A DNA stretch of 64,000 bases from an uncultured Thermoplasmata archaeon. Lineage in GTDB: Archaea > Thermoplasmatota > Thermoplasmata > RBG-16-68-12. Below, piece by piece: positions 8,968 through 19,123 of the stretch. The first letter of the stretch is position 1, and each line of letters starts with the position of its first letter. The notes beneath the pieces are model-generated. The model was not told where the DNA came from and ran no database searches. It was given only the letters and a program-made list of their open reading frames with translations. A program made the position numbers and the translations under genes. The stretch covers positions 864,001 to 928,000 of the forward strand of contig CAVYJM010000006.1 of assembly GCA_963768855.1 (NCBI GenBank), in the 5' to 3' direction.

Positions 8968-9132
8968 CTAGCGTCCGAGCACGAGCGACCCGGAATGACA
9001 GCTGCAGTCGCAGGGCTGCATGACGCCGTTCTGCAGCACAAATCCGGAGCACTGGCGCGGGGATGTGGCCGTGTATCTCAACGAGGTCTCTTCGATGTCC
9101 TTGTGACCGCCCGCGCACCACGATGACATCAT
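8968..9132 (-). CDS. 54-aa Cys/His-rich small protein (putative zinc binding)
   Basis: MMSSWCAGGHK...QCSG...PCDCSCH; GTTATAAG upstream; below the ORF-track cutoff. Confidence 0.5.
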   Translation of the reverse strand: MMSSWCAGGHKDIEETSLRYTATSPRQCSGFVLQNGVMQPCDCSCHSGSLVLGR

Positions 9133-9613
9133 AGAGGGCCACCCTTATAACTGGACTCGACCTTGAAAGCTCTCATCCTTGGGAACGGACGGGGCGGGAG
9201 CCGCCATCCCGATGCCGTGCCAGAATTCAAGATGGGATCCGAAACCCAGGTCACGCCGCAGAGTGGCTTCTCAAGCAAGTATATCAAGGATGGCGAGACC
9301 GTTAGCGGATGGCCAAGGGGAGAGCGCCCTCGGTCCCGGCCGGCGGCAGCTCTCGCAGTGGGGCGGGCATCTTACTCCTCTTCCTCCGGTCGCTGGGCCG
9401 CGCCTCGCTCCCGGCCTCACAGGTCAGCCCGGCCGTCGAACCCAGCAGACTGCCATCAACATGCCACTGCCACGGAAAAGTCCGGATGTGGCCTGGAAGG
9501 TGCTGCCCGTTCGCGGCAATCGTCACGCTGAACATGTCCCTCTCCTTAGGCCCCAGCGATTGCGTTGCGAGAGCCCTCGCGGTCTGTGCGCTCCTCGTTC
9601 TTGCGTGACGCAA

Positions 9614-10941
9614 CTACTGAGTCTCGTGTCGACGTCGGTGACGAGGATCCGCCAAGACCCATACCACAACCCCGACAAGAATGAACTCTCCGAGCACATA
9701 CAGCATCGCCATGCCGAACACGTCGGCAATGTTCCACGATCCCCACGCGCTCCCCACAACCCGAAGAGAATACTGCGTTGATGAAGAGCCAATGCCCACG
9801 ACTTGTCCGTAGGCAATGACGACGCCTCCCGCAGGCTGAAGCCCTATCGAGGTGCCCGCGTCGAGGGATGCTTGCGTTGCGACGGCGCGTCGCGACCATG
9901 ACCCCCCGGCGTTCGTCGCATACATGACGAGTCCGCTCTGGTAGTCGATGTAACTGAGATGGACGTTCCCGCTTGTATCAAGGACCAGGGAACAGGCAAT
10001 AGCCCCCCCACCTGGGCCACGAGCTCCTGTGTCCAGGTTCCGCTCACGTTCGTGGCATGAACGACGTAGGTTGTGTTAGTGGACTCATTGTAGGAGGTAT
10101 GGGCCGTGTGGACGCGACCGCGGGAATCGAGTGCTATCGGTGCAGGACTGTACATCCCGCCGGAGGAAGGGATGTAGGACAACCACGAAGCGGTCCAGGT
10201 TCCGCCCGAATTCGTAATGTAACGGATGAAATACAGGCCGAACGCCAGCGAGATGTGGACGCCACCTGAGGGCGACGCCGCAATCGCTAGATAACTGCCA
10301 CCCGTCAGATCCCCGTTCGTGGAGAACACGGTCGTATTCATCCAGGCTCCCTGCGCGTTGGTTGCATATCGAACGTCCGTGACGGACCCGTTCGTCCAGA
10401 GGTATGCCACGTGGACATGATCGGACCTGTCGACGGTTATCGCGGGATCGAGCGCGTGGTCATCGAGGGTTGTCGCAGACCAGGATCCTCCTGCGTTGGT
10501 CAGGTACCGGATCAATGCGAGCTCGCCGATATCCCTGCGGGGCGGAACCGCAGCTTCCACAACATGGAGATGGTCTTTCGAATCCTTTGCGAGACCCGCC
10601 TGCGTGACCCAGTTGACTTGATCGAGCGGAGTTAGGGTCCAAGTTCCGCGCGAGTTGGTTGCGTACAGGACCGAACCATTCGTGATCACCATGTGGAAAT
10701 TACCACTCGAGTCTACGACCAAGTCTGTCGCCCGGGTCCACTGGCTGAACACGGTACTGCCGGGCCAAGATCCCGCGATGCCGAAGACTCCCAGCGTGCC
10801 GGCGAAGACCAAAACCACCGCAATTGCGAATGCGCCAAACGGGTGACGCCGGATGAACCGCAGAGTCCGCGTGCCCGCGCCCGTGCGGGGTTCTTTCGCC
10901 GGAATGGGTCTTGCTGCCTCCGACGTTGAAACCCCTACAGT
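9614..10941 (-). CDS. Membrane-anchored six-repeat beta-propeller surface protein; frameshift at a G7 tract (~10003-10009); start uncertain
   Basis: Six (Y/H)-(A/L/I)-TN-x2-G-x-W repeats across two frames; N- and C-terminal TM segments; several N-glycosylation sequons. Confidence 0.7.
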
Positions 10942-11226
10942 GGCGAGAGCCACCGGTCGTCTGCTTAACCTTTCGTATGTATCGCAGCGGGAGGGAGGAC
11001 CACGTTCACCCCAAACGGTGAATGACAAGTACGCCCCCTTCTGTTCGGCGTATGTTGTTCTACCTCGTTCCCCAACGCATGAGACCCCCGCGGCCGCGGG
11101 GGTCTCCCCTTACCACAGAGTCCTGCCGGTGTGATCGCGCCGCCGGCCGGCCGTGCGCCTCCCCGTTCTGACAGGCTGCCCGAATCACCTGATTCTGGCG
11201 CGTTCGCGCTCCATGATTTCGGGCTT

Positions 11227-11433
11227 CTACAGGCCGAAGAAGACGAAAACTGCAGCACAAAGACCGATGATGCTCCCGACGAGGATATCCATGGTTGTAG
11301 CAGCCGGGCTGGTCGGCCCAGATTTGGGGAGGACGACGTATCCGAGAATCATGCCTCCCCATATCCCAATAGCCATCGTGATGAGCAACAGCCTTTGTTC
11401 GTGCGGGGTGAGTATCATGCCGAAACCCCGCAT
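11227..11433 (-). CDS. Small two-TM membrane protein
   Basis: LLLITMAIGIWGGMILGYVVL and DILVGSIIGLCAAVFVFFGL. Confidence 0.6.
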   Translation of the reverse strand: MRGFGMILTPHEQRLLLITMAIGIWGGMILGYVVLPKSGPTSPAATTMDILVGSIIGLCAAVFVFFGL

Positions 11434-11522
11434 CCCCTCGTCCCGGCGTAGCCGTTCCGGCCGACTCGGGAACGACGGGGCGAGGCACCCCGCTCCGCTC
11501 TGGGGAGGCGTTTGCAGCCGTC

Positions 11523-11645
11523 TCACTTCACGCGCCGTTCAGTCGACCGAGCTCGATCCCGGCGTAGCCGTCCGCGCTTCCACTTTCGGCTCTTTTGTTG
11601 GCCACGCTCGGGGTTTCTGGAGCCTTTCCTTCCCTTTCCCGTCAT
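11523..11645 (-). CDS. 40-aa highly basic small protein
   Basis: MTGKGRKGSRNPERGQQKSRKWKRGRLRRDRARSTERRVK; CTTAAG box 26 nt upstream of the ATG. Confidence 0.5.
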   Translation of the reverse strand: MTGKGRKGSRNPERGQQKSRKWKRGRLRRDRARSTERRVK

Positions 11646-11730
11646 CGTTGGGTCAGCAGGTGACCTCGTCACTTAAGGGTATGGACGAGATCTTCGGGAC
11701 GAATCCAGTAATCGACGCGGCTTTCGCCGC

Positions 11731-12066
11731 TCACCAAAGGACCCCGCGCAGCCTCAGTCGCTCCACGAGATCCCGGAACCTCGCGCGATTGAACCGACGA
11801 TATCGCTCGCCCTCGTTGAACAGGACGGCCTTCACCTGCTCCGGGCTATGCGAGTCCAGGATCGTCCGCACCGATGTGTCGGCGTCCTGGCGACCTTGCA
11901 GGTACGCGACGACGGCCTCGTTCAAATGCCGATACGACCCCTCGAGCGGTGCTGGCTGTCGCGTCACAATCTCCCCGTTCCTGCCAGCGATTTGTGCCGA
12001 TAAGGCACCGTCCGGGAGGGGTGGGCGAAAGTGCACGAGCGCGAGCACCTTTCTCGCGATGGTCAT
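11731..12066 (-). CDS. Hypothetical protein
   Basis: Protein-like composition; starts 3 nt after the upstream gene's stop. Confidence 0.65.
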   Translation of the reverse strand: MTIARKVLALVHFRPPLPDGALSAQIAGRNGEIVTRQPAPLEGSYRHLNEAVVAYLQGRQDADTSVRTILDSHSPEQVKAVLFNEGERYRRFNRARFRDLVERLRLRGVLW

Positions 12067-12069
12067 GTG

Positions 12070-12711
12070 CTACCGCGAGGCCATCACTTTCGTAATTGCC
12101 TCGACGACATCGGTCGGGCGGGCAACGGCTCCGCAGTATTGACACTTGGTGAGGGCCTCCGGAGACATCGTTCCCGTGATCGCGGAAGGACTACGACAGA
12201 CGGGGCATGTGTAGCTCGCCGATACGCCCATGGTCCTGAGCTGCTCCAGAAGGTCGTTTACGTTGACATGGACCTGCGTACTGACTTGGCGACGTCCCGC
12301 CCGTCGGACCTCGCCAGCTTCCTTGTGCATCCCCAGGCTCTCGTAGATCTTGGCTGCGTCCTCGTGTCGCTCCGCGCTGATGTAGTTGATCGCAGAGGCG
12401 AGAGCCCACTTGCGTTTGTGGTCCGAGATCATCCGGCCGACCCGGTCCAGGAAGGCCGGTCCGAGCGCCACTCCTTCGAACATCCACGTCGAACCCCATG
12501 CGACGACCTGTGCGCCGCTCGAGACGCGGTATGATGCCCAGGCGTCGAAACATCCCGTTGAACAGCTCGCCCAGGGCTCCCACTTGCCCGTAGGCTGCAT
12601 GGTGTGACCGACGACGAGGAGGCAGTTCTTGCAGGCTGTCCTACCGCAGGTCCTGCATTGCTGGGGGCCGAGGAGGAGACCCGAAGCACCGCAACTGGGA
12701 CATGTCCCCAA
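12070..12711 (-). CDS. Multi-zinc-finger protein
   Basis: CPSC, CRTC, CKNC, CSTGC at the N-terminus; helical middle; CPVC...CQYC at the C-terminus. Confidence 0.75.
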   Translation of the reverse strand: MGTCPSCGASGLLLGPQQCRTCGRTACKNCLLVVGHTMQPTGKWEPWASCSTGCFDAWASYRVSSGAQVVAWGSTWMFEGVALGPAFLDRVGRMISDHKRKWALASAINYISAERHEDAAKIYESLGMHKEAGEVRRAGRRQVSTQVHVNVNDLLEQLRTMGVSASYTCPVCRSPSAITGTMSPEALTKCQYCGAVARPTDVVEAITKVMASR

Positions 12712-12946
12712 GCCCTTGTTCCCTCCAGAGAGTGAGACACCTGTGGGGATTCAATGGTTTCGGTTGAGTTCCCACCGAGGACGACCCAAAACCCCAAGCT
12801 TGCGACCAGGGGAACGGGCCGTCGCACCGCTCTCGCGCGGCGGGCGCATTGCGATGCCCACATCGGGCATGATCGACTCTCGCCGCGCGAGCGTCACAAT
12901 TCGGTGAACCGAAAGGATGAAAGCGCAAGGCGCAGTCCTAGCGGCG

Positions 12947-13921
12947 ATGCCTAGAGACAAAGTCCTCGATTGGCTCCTCGAACCGGACCAGCCGTCTGTT
13001 CGCTATCACACACTGATTGACCTACTGGGGCGCAAGCAAGACGACCCGGAAGTGAAAGCAGCGTACTCGACGATCCCTCGAGTTGGTTGGGCTCATGACC
13101 TTCTGAGAACCCAGAAGCCCAAGGGGTACTGGGAGGCCCATGAGCCGAGGACGGTCCGGGAGTGGGTCCGGTTCCTCCGCTTCCCCCTGTACGACTCGTC
13201 GATTTGGAAAGGGATCGTCCTCTCCGACCTCGGCCTCACGGCGACCGACCCGCGGATTCGAAGGCTCGCCGACCTCGTCTTCGAGTACAAGCTGCACCTC
13301 AGCTCAGAGGTGAACCTCTTCACGGAGGAGGTCTGCATCGTCGGGAACGTCGCGCGCATGCTGACACGGTTCGGGTACGGCGACGATCGCCGGGTCCGGA
13401 AGCTCTACGACTGGATGATCGAGGACCAGCGGGAGGACGGGGGCTGGAACTGCGCCGCCAGTAAGCCCGGGACCCTTGACTGCTGGGAGGCGTTGGCCGC
13501 GTTCGCGACGATTCCGAAGGCGAATCGGACCGCCGCGATGGAGCGGGCGATCTCGAGAGGGGCGGACTTCTATCTCGAGCGGAAGCTCTTCGAGGAGGGG
13601 CGACGGTACGCTCCTTGGTTCCGGTTCCATTACCCAACGCATTACTACTACGACGTCCTGGTAGGGCTCGACGTCCTCACGGGGCTCGGATACGCCAGGG
13701 ATCGTCGCCTCAAGCCCGCCCTCCAGATCCTTCGCGAGAAGCGACGGAGCGACGGGACCTGGGTCCTCGACCGGGTTCATCCCGACGAAGGGCCGGGAAG
13801 CGGTCACGGGGCCGCCGCGAGGAAAGTAAAACCGCTCGCGCTGGAGCGGGCGGGGGAACCGAGCAAGTGGATCACGCTCACGGCCCTTCGGGTCTTTAAG
13901 CGGGTGGAGGACGCGAGGTGA
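12947..13921 (+). CDS. Prenyltransferase/squalene-cyclase-repeat (alpha/alpha barrel) protein
   Basis: LDWLLE, QREDGGWNC, FHYPTHYYYDVL, DGTW repeats; paralog at 52336-53307. Confidence 0.75.
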   Translation: MPRDKVLDWLLEPDQPSVRYHTLIDLLGRKQDDPEVKAAYSTIPRVGWAHDLLRTQKPKGYWEAHEPRTVREWVRFLRFPLYDSSIWKGIVLSDLGLTATDPRIRRLADLVFEYKLHLSSEVNLFTEEVCIVGNVARMLTRFGYGDDRRVRKLYDWMIEDQREDGGWNCAASKPGTLDCWEALAAFATIPKANRTAAMERAISRGADFYLERKLFEEGRRYAPWFRFHYPTHYYYDVLVGLDVLTGLGYARDRRLKPALQILREKRRSDGTWVLDRVHPDEGPGSGHGAAARKVKPLALERAGEPSKWITLTALRVFKRVEDAR

Positions 13922-13942
13922 CGCGATGTCCCGCGGAAAGCT

Positions 13943-14647
13943 TCAGTCCGAGGAGAGGGCCATGAGATCCTTGGCCAGCTCGTCCGGCTTCGTGATCATC
14001 GGCCAGTGACCCGTGTCGATGACCTTGTGCGGACCTTCGAGCTTCCCCCACTTCCCCGCGATAATCTCGTCGACGGGATCCCCGCTGAGGCTGCAGAAGA
14101 TGTACGCCTCCTTCACGCCGTCGTAGTTCTTGGACAGCGTGATCGGGTCCGTTGCGAGTTTGAGCGGCCAAGGCGTCGCCAGGGACATCATCCGCTTCAG
14201 GTTCGTTCCCTGGACGTCGCTCCCGATGCGGGCCACAATCTCCTCGGTGAGGGGGATCCCGTAGGCGCCTGGAGGTGGCGGTCCGAACTCGCCGGAGGGG
14301 TCGAACCCGCCTTGTGGGGTCCTCACCCTCTCCGGGCGGAAGGCGTCCACGTAAATCACCTTGCGGACCTTGTCGTGCGCGCGATCCGCCATGGCCGCGG
14401 CCACCTTGCCCGCGAAGCTGTGTCCGACCAACACGAAGTCATCGAGCTCCTCGTAGTTGACCGCGTTCAGGACATCCTGGATCGCGATCTCAATGCCGAC
14501 GTCCCTCGAGGCCAGGTGCACCCGGTCGCCCATTCCGGTCAAGGTGATAGGATATACGGAGTGCCCCTTCTTCTCGAGGAAGGGTGTCACCTGCCGCCAC
14601 GCCCAAGCCCCCAACCATGCACCCGGAACCAAGACGAACCGCGCCAT
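13943..14647 (-). CDS. Alpha/beta hydrolase (methylesterase-like)
   Basis: VLVPGAWLGAWAW, LVGHSFAG, TGHWPMIT. Confidence 0.9.
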   Translation of the reverse strand: MARFVLVPGAWLGAWAWRQVTPFLEKKGHSVYPITLTGMGDRVHLASRDVGIEIAIQDVLNAVNYEELDDFVLVGHSFAGKVAAAMADRAHDKVRKVIYVDAFRPERVRTPQGGFDPSGEFGPPPPGAYGIPLTEEIVARIGSDVQGTNLKRMMSLATPWPLKLATDPITLSKNYDGVKEAYIFCSLSGDPVDEIIAGKWGKLEGPHKVIDTGHWPMITKPDELAKDLMALSSD

Positions 14648-14816
14648 ACGGGAGTGTCACCGCGGTTCTCTATTTAAGGCCGCCCTAGAGGAGGCAAAAC
14701 GCGGCCGAGGCTGATTCCCGACCTGGCCACCGAGTGCTGCGAGGGCCACGCCCGCGCGCGAAGAACGGGTGGATGTTAAGTACGGAATCCGTTTTCGCGG
14801 GCGTGAGGGCGTGACC

Positions 14817-15287
14817 ATGAAACCTTCGAAGAAGGACACGCAGAAGCCTGCCAAGAGTACCACCGGGACCGGCAACAAGTCCAAGGGATTCACGGAAGAG
14901 GAACGAGCCGCGATGCGGGAGCGCGCCCGAGAGCTGAAGGCGGGCGCGGGCGAGGTGGACGGGGAAAGCGCCGTGCTCGCGAAGATCGCCGCGATGCCGG
15001 CACCGGATCGCGCCCTGGGCGAGCGGCTCCATGCCATCGTCAGATCCAACGCACCCGTCCTCGTGCCGAGACTCTGGTACGGGATGCCCGCGTATGCCAA
15101 GGACGGCAAGGTCGTTTGCCACTACCAGAACGCGGCGAAGTTCAAGACGCGGTACGGGACGCTCGGCTTCAGCGACAAGGCGCACCTCGACGAGGGCCCC
15201 GTCTGGCCGGTGGCCTTCGCGTTGACGGAGTTGACGCCCGCCGACGAGGCGAGGATTGCCGCGCTCGTGAAGAAAGCGGTGAGCTGA
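14817..15287 (+). CDS. DUF1801/YdhG-like protein
   Basis: [24 protein letters not shown]. Confidence 0.8.
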   Translation: MKPSKKDTQKPAKSTTGTGNKSKGFTEEERAAMRERARELKAGAGEVDGESAVLAKIAAMPAPDRALGERLHAIVRSNAPVLVPRLWYGMPAYAKDGKVVCHYQNAAKFKTRYGTLGFSDKAHLDEGPVWPVAFALTELTPADEARIAALVKKAVS

Positions 15288-15289
15288 GG

Positions 15290-15715
15290 ATGAAGGTAAG
15301 TACGAGTCGTCACCAGAGTGGCGAGTCTGCCTCCCACTTGACAGACGACAGAATCAGGGGGACGAGTGACTGGCGGGGCAAGACCCTATCGCATCTGCGA
15401 GATGTGATCCAGCGAGCAGACCCTGCCGTGGTCGAAGAAGTGAAGTGGAGGAAACCCAGCAACCCGGCGGGAGTCCCCGTCTGGTCCCACGACGGAATAA
15501 TCTGTATCGGAGACACGCTCAAGAAATCCGTGAGGCTGACGTTCCCAAAAGGCGCTCAGATTGAGGATCCAAAGACGCTTTTCAACGCGAGACTGGAAGG
15601 CAACACGGTTCGCGCCATCGACGTCCACGAAGGCGATACTATAGACGAGGCCGCGTTGGAGGCGCTCATTCTCGAAGCTGTTGGTCTGAACACATCGGAA
15701 GTTCGCGAGCGATAG
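15290..15715 (+). CDS. DUF1801/YdhG-like protein
   Basis: DWRGKTL, EEVKWRKPSNPAGVPVWSHDGIIC, LTFPKGA. Confidence 0.8.
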   Translation: MKVSTSRHQSGESASHLTDDRIRGTSDWRGKTLSHLRDVIQRADPAVVEEVKWRKPSNPAGVPVWSHDGIICIGDTLKKSVRLTFPKGAQIEDPKTLFNARLEGNTVRAIDVHEGDTIDEAALEALILEAVGLNTSEVRER

Positions 15716-15965
15716 GCTCACGTCGAGGCAGACTGTGCGGGAGCGCTCAGCTCTCTGGCCCGCCCGATGGTGCCTTTCACGGGTGTCCACATAAACTCCA
15801 TCTGCGAGTGGCGGGATCCCTCCCCGCGGCGCCACGGCTGAGCCGGCAATCCCTTCCTCCTTCGAAGATGAGAGCGCTCTGCGGCCCCAGGGCGTTTCTC
15901 CCGTAGATACGCGTTGACCTTTGAGCGCTGGATTCATCTGCACGCCCCGATCTTCCTCCAGTGGA

Positions 15966-16024
15966 ACGGACCCGGTGGGAGCCGGTGCCCAAATGCCGTG
16001 TTGATCTCTCAAATGGGATTCGAA
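15966..16024 (-). repeat. Interrupted copy of the tRNA-Arg(TCT) 3' end (att-like scar)
   Basis: 15966-15980 plus 16019-16024 equal 22913-22933 exactly; TGGGA is duplicated around the insert. Confidence 0.7.
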
Positions 16025-16304
16025 AGGCCTTCTCGGGAGAATGAGACTACTTGAGGACCTCCTTAAAGGAGGCGCGACGGACTGCCATTTTCGTATCACG
16101 CAGGGCATCACTCGCTTCCGTCACCTCACGGATCGGGCGCATTATCCAAACATCACAAATCGCACCGGTACGAACAGCCCGACGGCCCTCAGTTCCCGGT
16201 GAGAGAGCGCCCTTTTATATGCGAACAGTCTAGTCCCGTCTGGTGTCTGCGCGGGGGAGACCCCTGCCGGGAACCGCGCAGATCGTGCGCCGCGGTGATG
16301 TGTT

Positions 16305-17225
16305 TTGATTGAGACTGAATCCCTCACCAAGAAGTTCGACGGCCTGACTGCCGTGGACGGTTTGACCTTCCGGGTCCAAGATGGTGAGGTCTTCGGCCTC
16401 CTGGGGCCCAATGGAGCCGGCAAAACGACCACGGTCAGAATGCTCTGCTGCCTCATCTCGAAAACGAGCGGCGAGGCGAGGATTGGGGACTATGTCGTCG
16501 GGAGCGACGTCGACTCACCGAAGATCCGGAAGATGATCGGGCTCGTGCCCGACAACGTCGGCCTCTACGAGAACATGACAGCTTACGACAACCTGGATTT
16601 CTACGGCCAGCTGTACGACCTCGCGGAGGCGGATCGGAGAGCGAACATCCGGCGGTTCCTCACCATGCTCGGACTGTGGGAGAAGAGGGACGTCGCGGCT
16701 GGGACATTCTCAAAAGGGATGAAACAGAAGCTTGCAATCGCCCGTGCCTTAATCCATGAGCCCGAAGTGCTGTTCTTGGATGAGCCGACCGTCAACCTGG
16801 ACCCGGAGTCGGCGAAGACAGTCCGGGACTTCCTCCTGGAACTGAAGAAGCAGAAGAAGACCATCTTTCTGAACACGCACAACCTCGACGAGGCCCAGAG
16901 GGTCTGCGACCGGATCGCGATCCTGAACACGCGGCTCATGGCCCTGGGTTCTCCCGCGGAGCTCGAGCGGTCCGTGGGGGGCCGGAAGACGGTCGTCCAA
17001 CTGACACAGGTGACCGACGCGATTTTGGGCGCATTAAGGAAGCTATCGGTCGTGAATCTGGCCGTGGACGGCAGTCGTCTAGTCATCGACGTGGTGGATC
17101 CGGAGAAGGAGAACCCGGCAATCCTCCGCGCCATATTTGAGGCGGGGGGCGTCGTCCAGTCTGCATCTGTGTCGTCCTCAACCCTGGAGGACGCGTATCT
17201 GAAACTGGTGAGGGAGAAGACGTGA
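16305..17225 (+). CDS. ABC transporter ATP-binding protein (ABC-2 exporter)
   Basis: GPNGAGKTT, FSKGMKQK, LFLDEPT, NTH. Confidence 0.95.
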   Translation: MIETESLTKKFDGLTAVDGLTFRVQDGEVFGLLGPNGAGKTTTVRMLCCLISKTSGEARIGDYVVGSDVDSPKIRKMIGLVPDNVGLYENMTAYDNLDFYGQLYDLAEADRRANIRRFLTMLGLWEKRDVAAGTFSKGMKQKLAIARALIHEPEVLFLDEPTVNLDPESAKTVRDFLLELKKQKKTIFLNTHNLDEAQRVCDRIAILNTRLMALGSPAELERSVGGRKTVVQLTQVTDAILGALRKLSVVNLAVDGSRLVIDVVDPEKENPAILRAIFEAGGVVQSASVSSSTLEDAYLKLVREKT

Positions 17226-17959
17226 GCCTGAGGCATGCGTGGATCATCGCAAAGAAGGACCTTAAGTCAATCCTCCGGAGGAGGACGGTCCTCTACACGA
17301 CGGTGGCGTTTCCGCTCATCATCGCCGTCCTCCTTCCCCTGGTCATCGAGTTTAGCGGGAGGAGGTCAGGCGGCTTCCCCGCCGCAGCCTTGCCGGGGTA
17401 TTTGGACGCGTTCGCATTCTTATTTGTGATCATACCCGCGATTATCCCCACACCCATCGCGTCGTACAGCATCGTCGGCGAGAAGGTCGAGAAAAGCCTC
17501 GAACCACTTCTTGCGACCCCCGTAGCCGATGGAGATATCCTACTCGGGAAGAGCATCGCTGCGTTCCTCCCGGCGATGCTTGGCACGTTCGCAGGTGCGG
17601 CCGTCTTCATGACGCTCATGGACCTCGTTACCGCGGACAAGTTAGGCTACCTCTACTTCCCGAATTGGAGGATAGGCGTCATCCTGCTGATTCTTGCCCC
17701 GCTCGCTGCACTGCTCAGCATCGAGGTCAGCGTCCTCGCCTCGTCGAAGGTCAGCGACGTTCGGGCGGCCGCCCAGCTGGGCGGCCTAGCCTTCCTCCCT
17801 TTCATTGGTATCTACATCGCCGGCGAGATCGGTGCTATCACACTCGACACGAACGGTCTCCTGACCATTGCTGCCGTGATGGCGCCCCTGGGCTTAGTGC
17901 TCTTCTTCGTCAGCAAGGCCACGTTCCAGCGTGAGCAGATCCTCACGAGGTGGAAATGA
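17222..17959 (+). CDS. ABC-2 type permease
   Basis: SIVGEKVEKSLEPLLATP; about six TM helices; 4-nt overlap with the ATPase gene. Confidence 0.92.
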   Translation: MSLRHAWIIAKKDLKSILRRRTVLYTTVAFPLIIAVLLPLVIEFSGRRSGGFPAAALPGYLDAFAFLFVIIPAIIPTPIASYSIVGEKVEKSLEPLLATPVADGDILLGKSIAAFLPAMLGTFAGAAVFMTLMDLVTADKLGYLYFPNWRIGVILLILAPLAALLSIEVSVLASSKVSDVRAAAQLGGLAFLPFIGIYIAGEIGAITLDTNGLLTIAAVMAPLGLVLFFVSKATFQREQILTRWK

Positions 17960-18284
17960 GAAGGGTCGGCGTGGGCCACGACCGGTGGATCAGAAATCCG
18001 CAGTGCCGTCTTTGAACTCCGTCTCCCCTGGCCGGGCCACGACGAGTTTCAATTCTCGGGACCGGTGGGAGCTGATACCAGGAACCAGTGCCTGAACTCA
18101 GGATGGGATTCTAAATCCATGTCACACCGCAACGTAGGTTCTTAGGGCGGTACATCAAGGCTCGAGAGACCCTTAGCGGATAGCCAACTGGGCACCGCCC
18201 TCGTCCCCTGCTCACCGCCGCTTCGGAAGGCGTTGAAAGATTCAATATTCGAGGTCGGATGGGTGCCGCCCTGGTGGCAGCTCT

Positions 18285-18818
18285 TTGCACGCCCAAGTAA
18301 ACTTGCACAGTCCCGATGTCGGCAGGATGTTCGACTATTTCACGGACAGCCTCGGCTTTGCGCCGGAATTCCGGGTGCGCGGACCCGATGGCAGAGTGGT
18401 GTTCGCGGGCGCGTGGTGGGGCGCGGTGGGAAAAGGCACGCGGGTCGTCCTCGGGGACATCGAGGAAGCCCTGCACGACCATTACGACCATGGGGCGTTT
18501 GGCCAGCAGATGGAGGAGCATCCGCTCGGGACGGGCGTCGTCGTGTACTTCTACACCCAAGATGTCGACAGATTGTACGCGCGCATCACGAAGCACGGAG
18601 CCACCATCGACGAACCGCCCACAGACCAGTTCTGGGGCGAGCGGACCATCAGCGTGGTGACTCCTGACAGGTACTATCTGACCTTCGCTCAGCCCATCAA
18701 GGGCTTCCGCTTCTCACCCGCGTTCGCGGAGCGCATGGAATCCTTCCCCAAACCGGCGTCGCTAGCGCCGCGCGCGGGATCGAAGCGACGGCGACGGGAC
18801 GCGAGTCGATCCAGATAG
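18285..18818 (+). CDS. VOC/glyoxalase family protein
   Basis: YFTDSLGF, VVYFYTQDVD, PTDQFWGERTISVVTPDRY. Confidence 0.85.
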   Translation: MHAQVNLHSPDVGRMFDYFTDSLGFAPEFRVRGPDGRVVFAGAWWGAVGKGTRVVLGDIEEALHDHYDHGAFGQQMEEHPLGTGVVVYFYTQDVDRLYARITKHGATIDEPPTDQFWGERTISVVTPDRYYLTFAQPIKGFRFSPAFAERMESFPKPASLAPRAGSKRRRRDASRSR

Positions 18819-18868
18819 CCCCTTTGCCGAGGGCGAAGACGCAATCACCCCCTCCGGCGCGGTGTCTC

Positions 18869-19123
18869 TCACCCAGTCGGTTTTCTCCCAAGGAACCCCA
18901 CGATTAGCCCAATAACGATTAGAGCGACACCGACGACGAGGAACAGATCCTGAAGGAAGACTGCGGTCGCGGCTGGTATCTCGGCGCCTCCGATTTCAAT
19001 TATGGCCGCCTGGGAGTCTGCGGAGCGGAGCGCATTCAACGAGAGCGTGAAGTCAATCGCCACGGTGAAGAAGGCCACACCAGCCAGCACGATCGGTGCA
19101 CCGAGCAAACGGGTCGTCCTCAC
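18869..19123 (-). CDS. Small two-TM membrane protein
   Basis: Two hydrophobic helices; TATA-like GTTAAGTA ~26 nt upstream. Confidence 0.65.
   Translation of the reverse strand: MRTTRLLGAPIVLAGVAFFTVAIDFTLSLNALRSADSQAAIIEIGGAEIPAATAVFLQDLFLVVGVALIVIGLIVGFLGRKPTG

Noticed and set aside
16030-16072. Short palindromes TTCTC-GG-GAGAA and CCTCCTT-A-AAGGAGG near the att scar
   Set aside because: No associated gene or second copy; function cannot be supported
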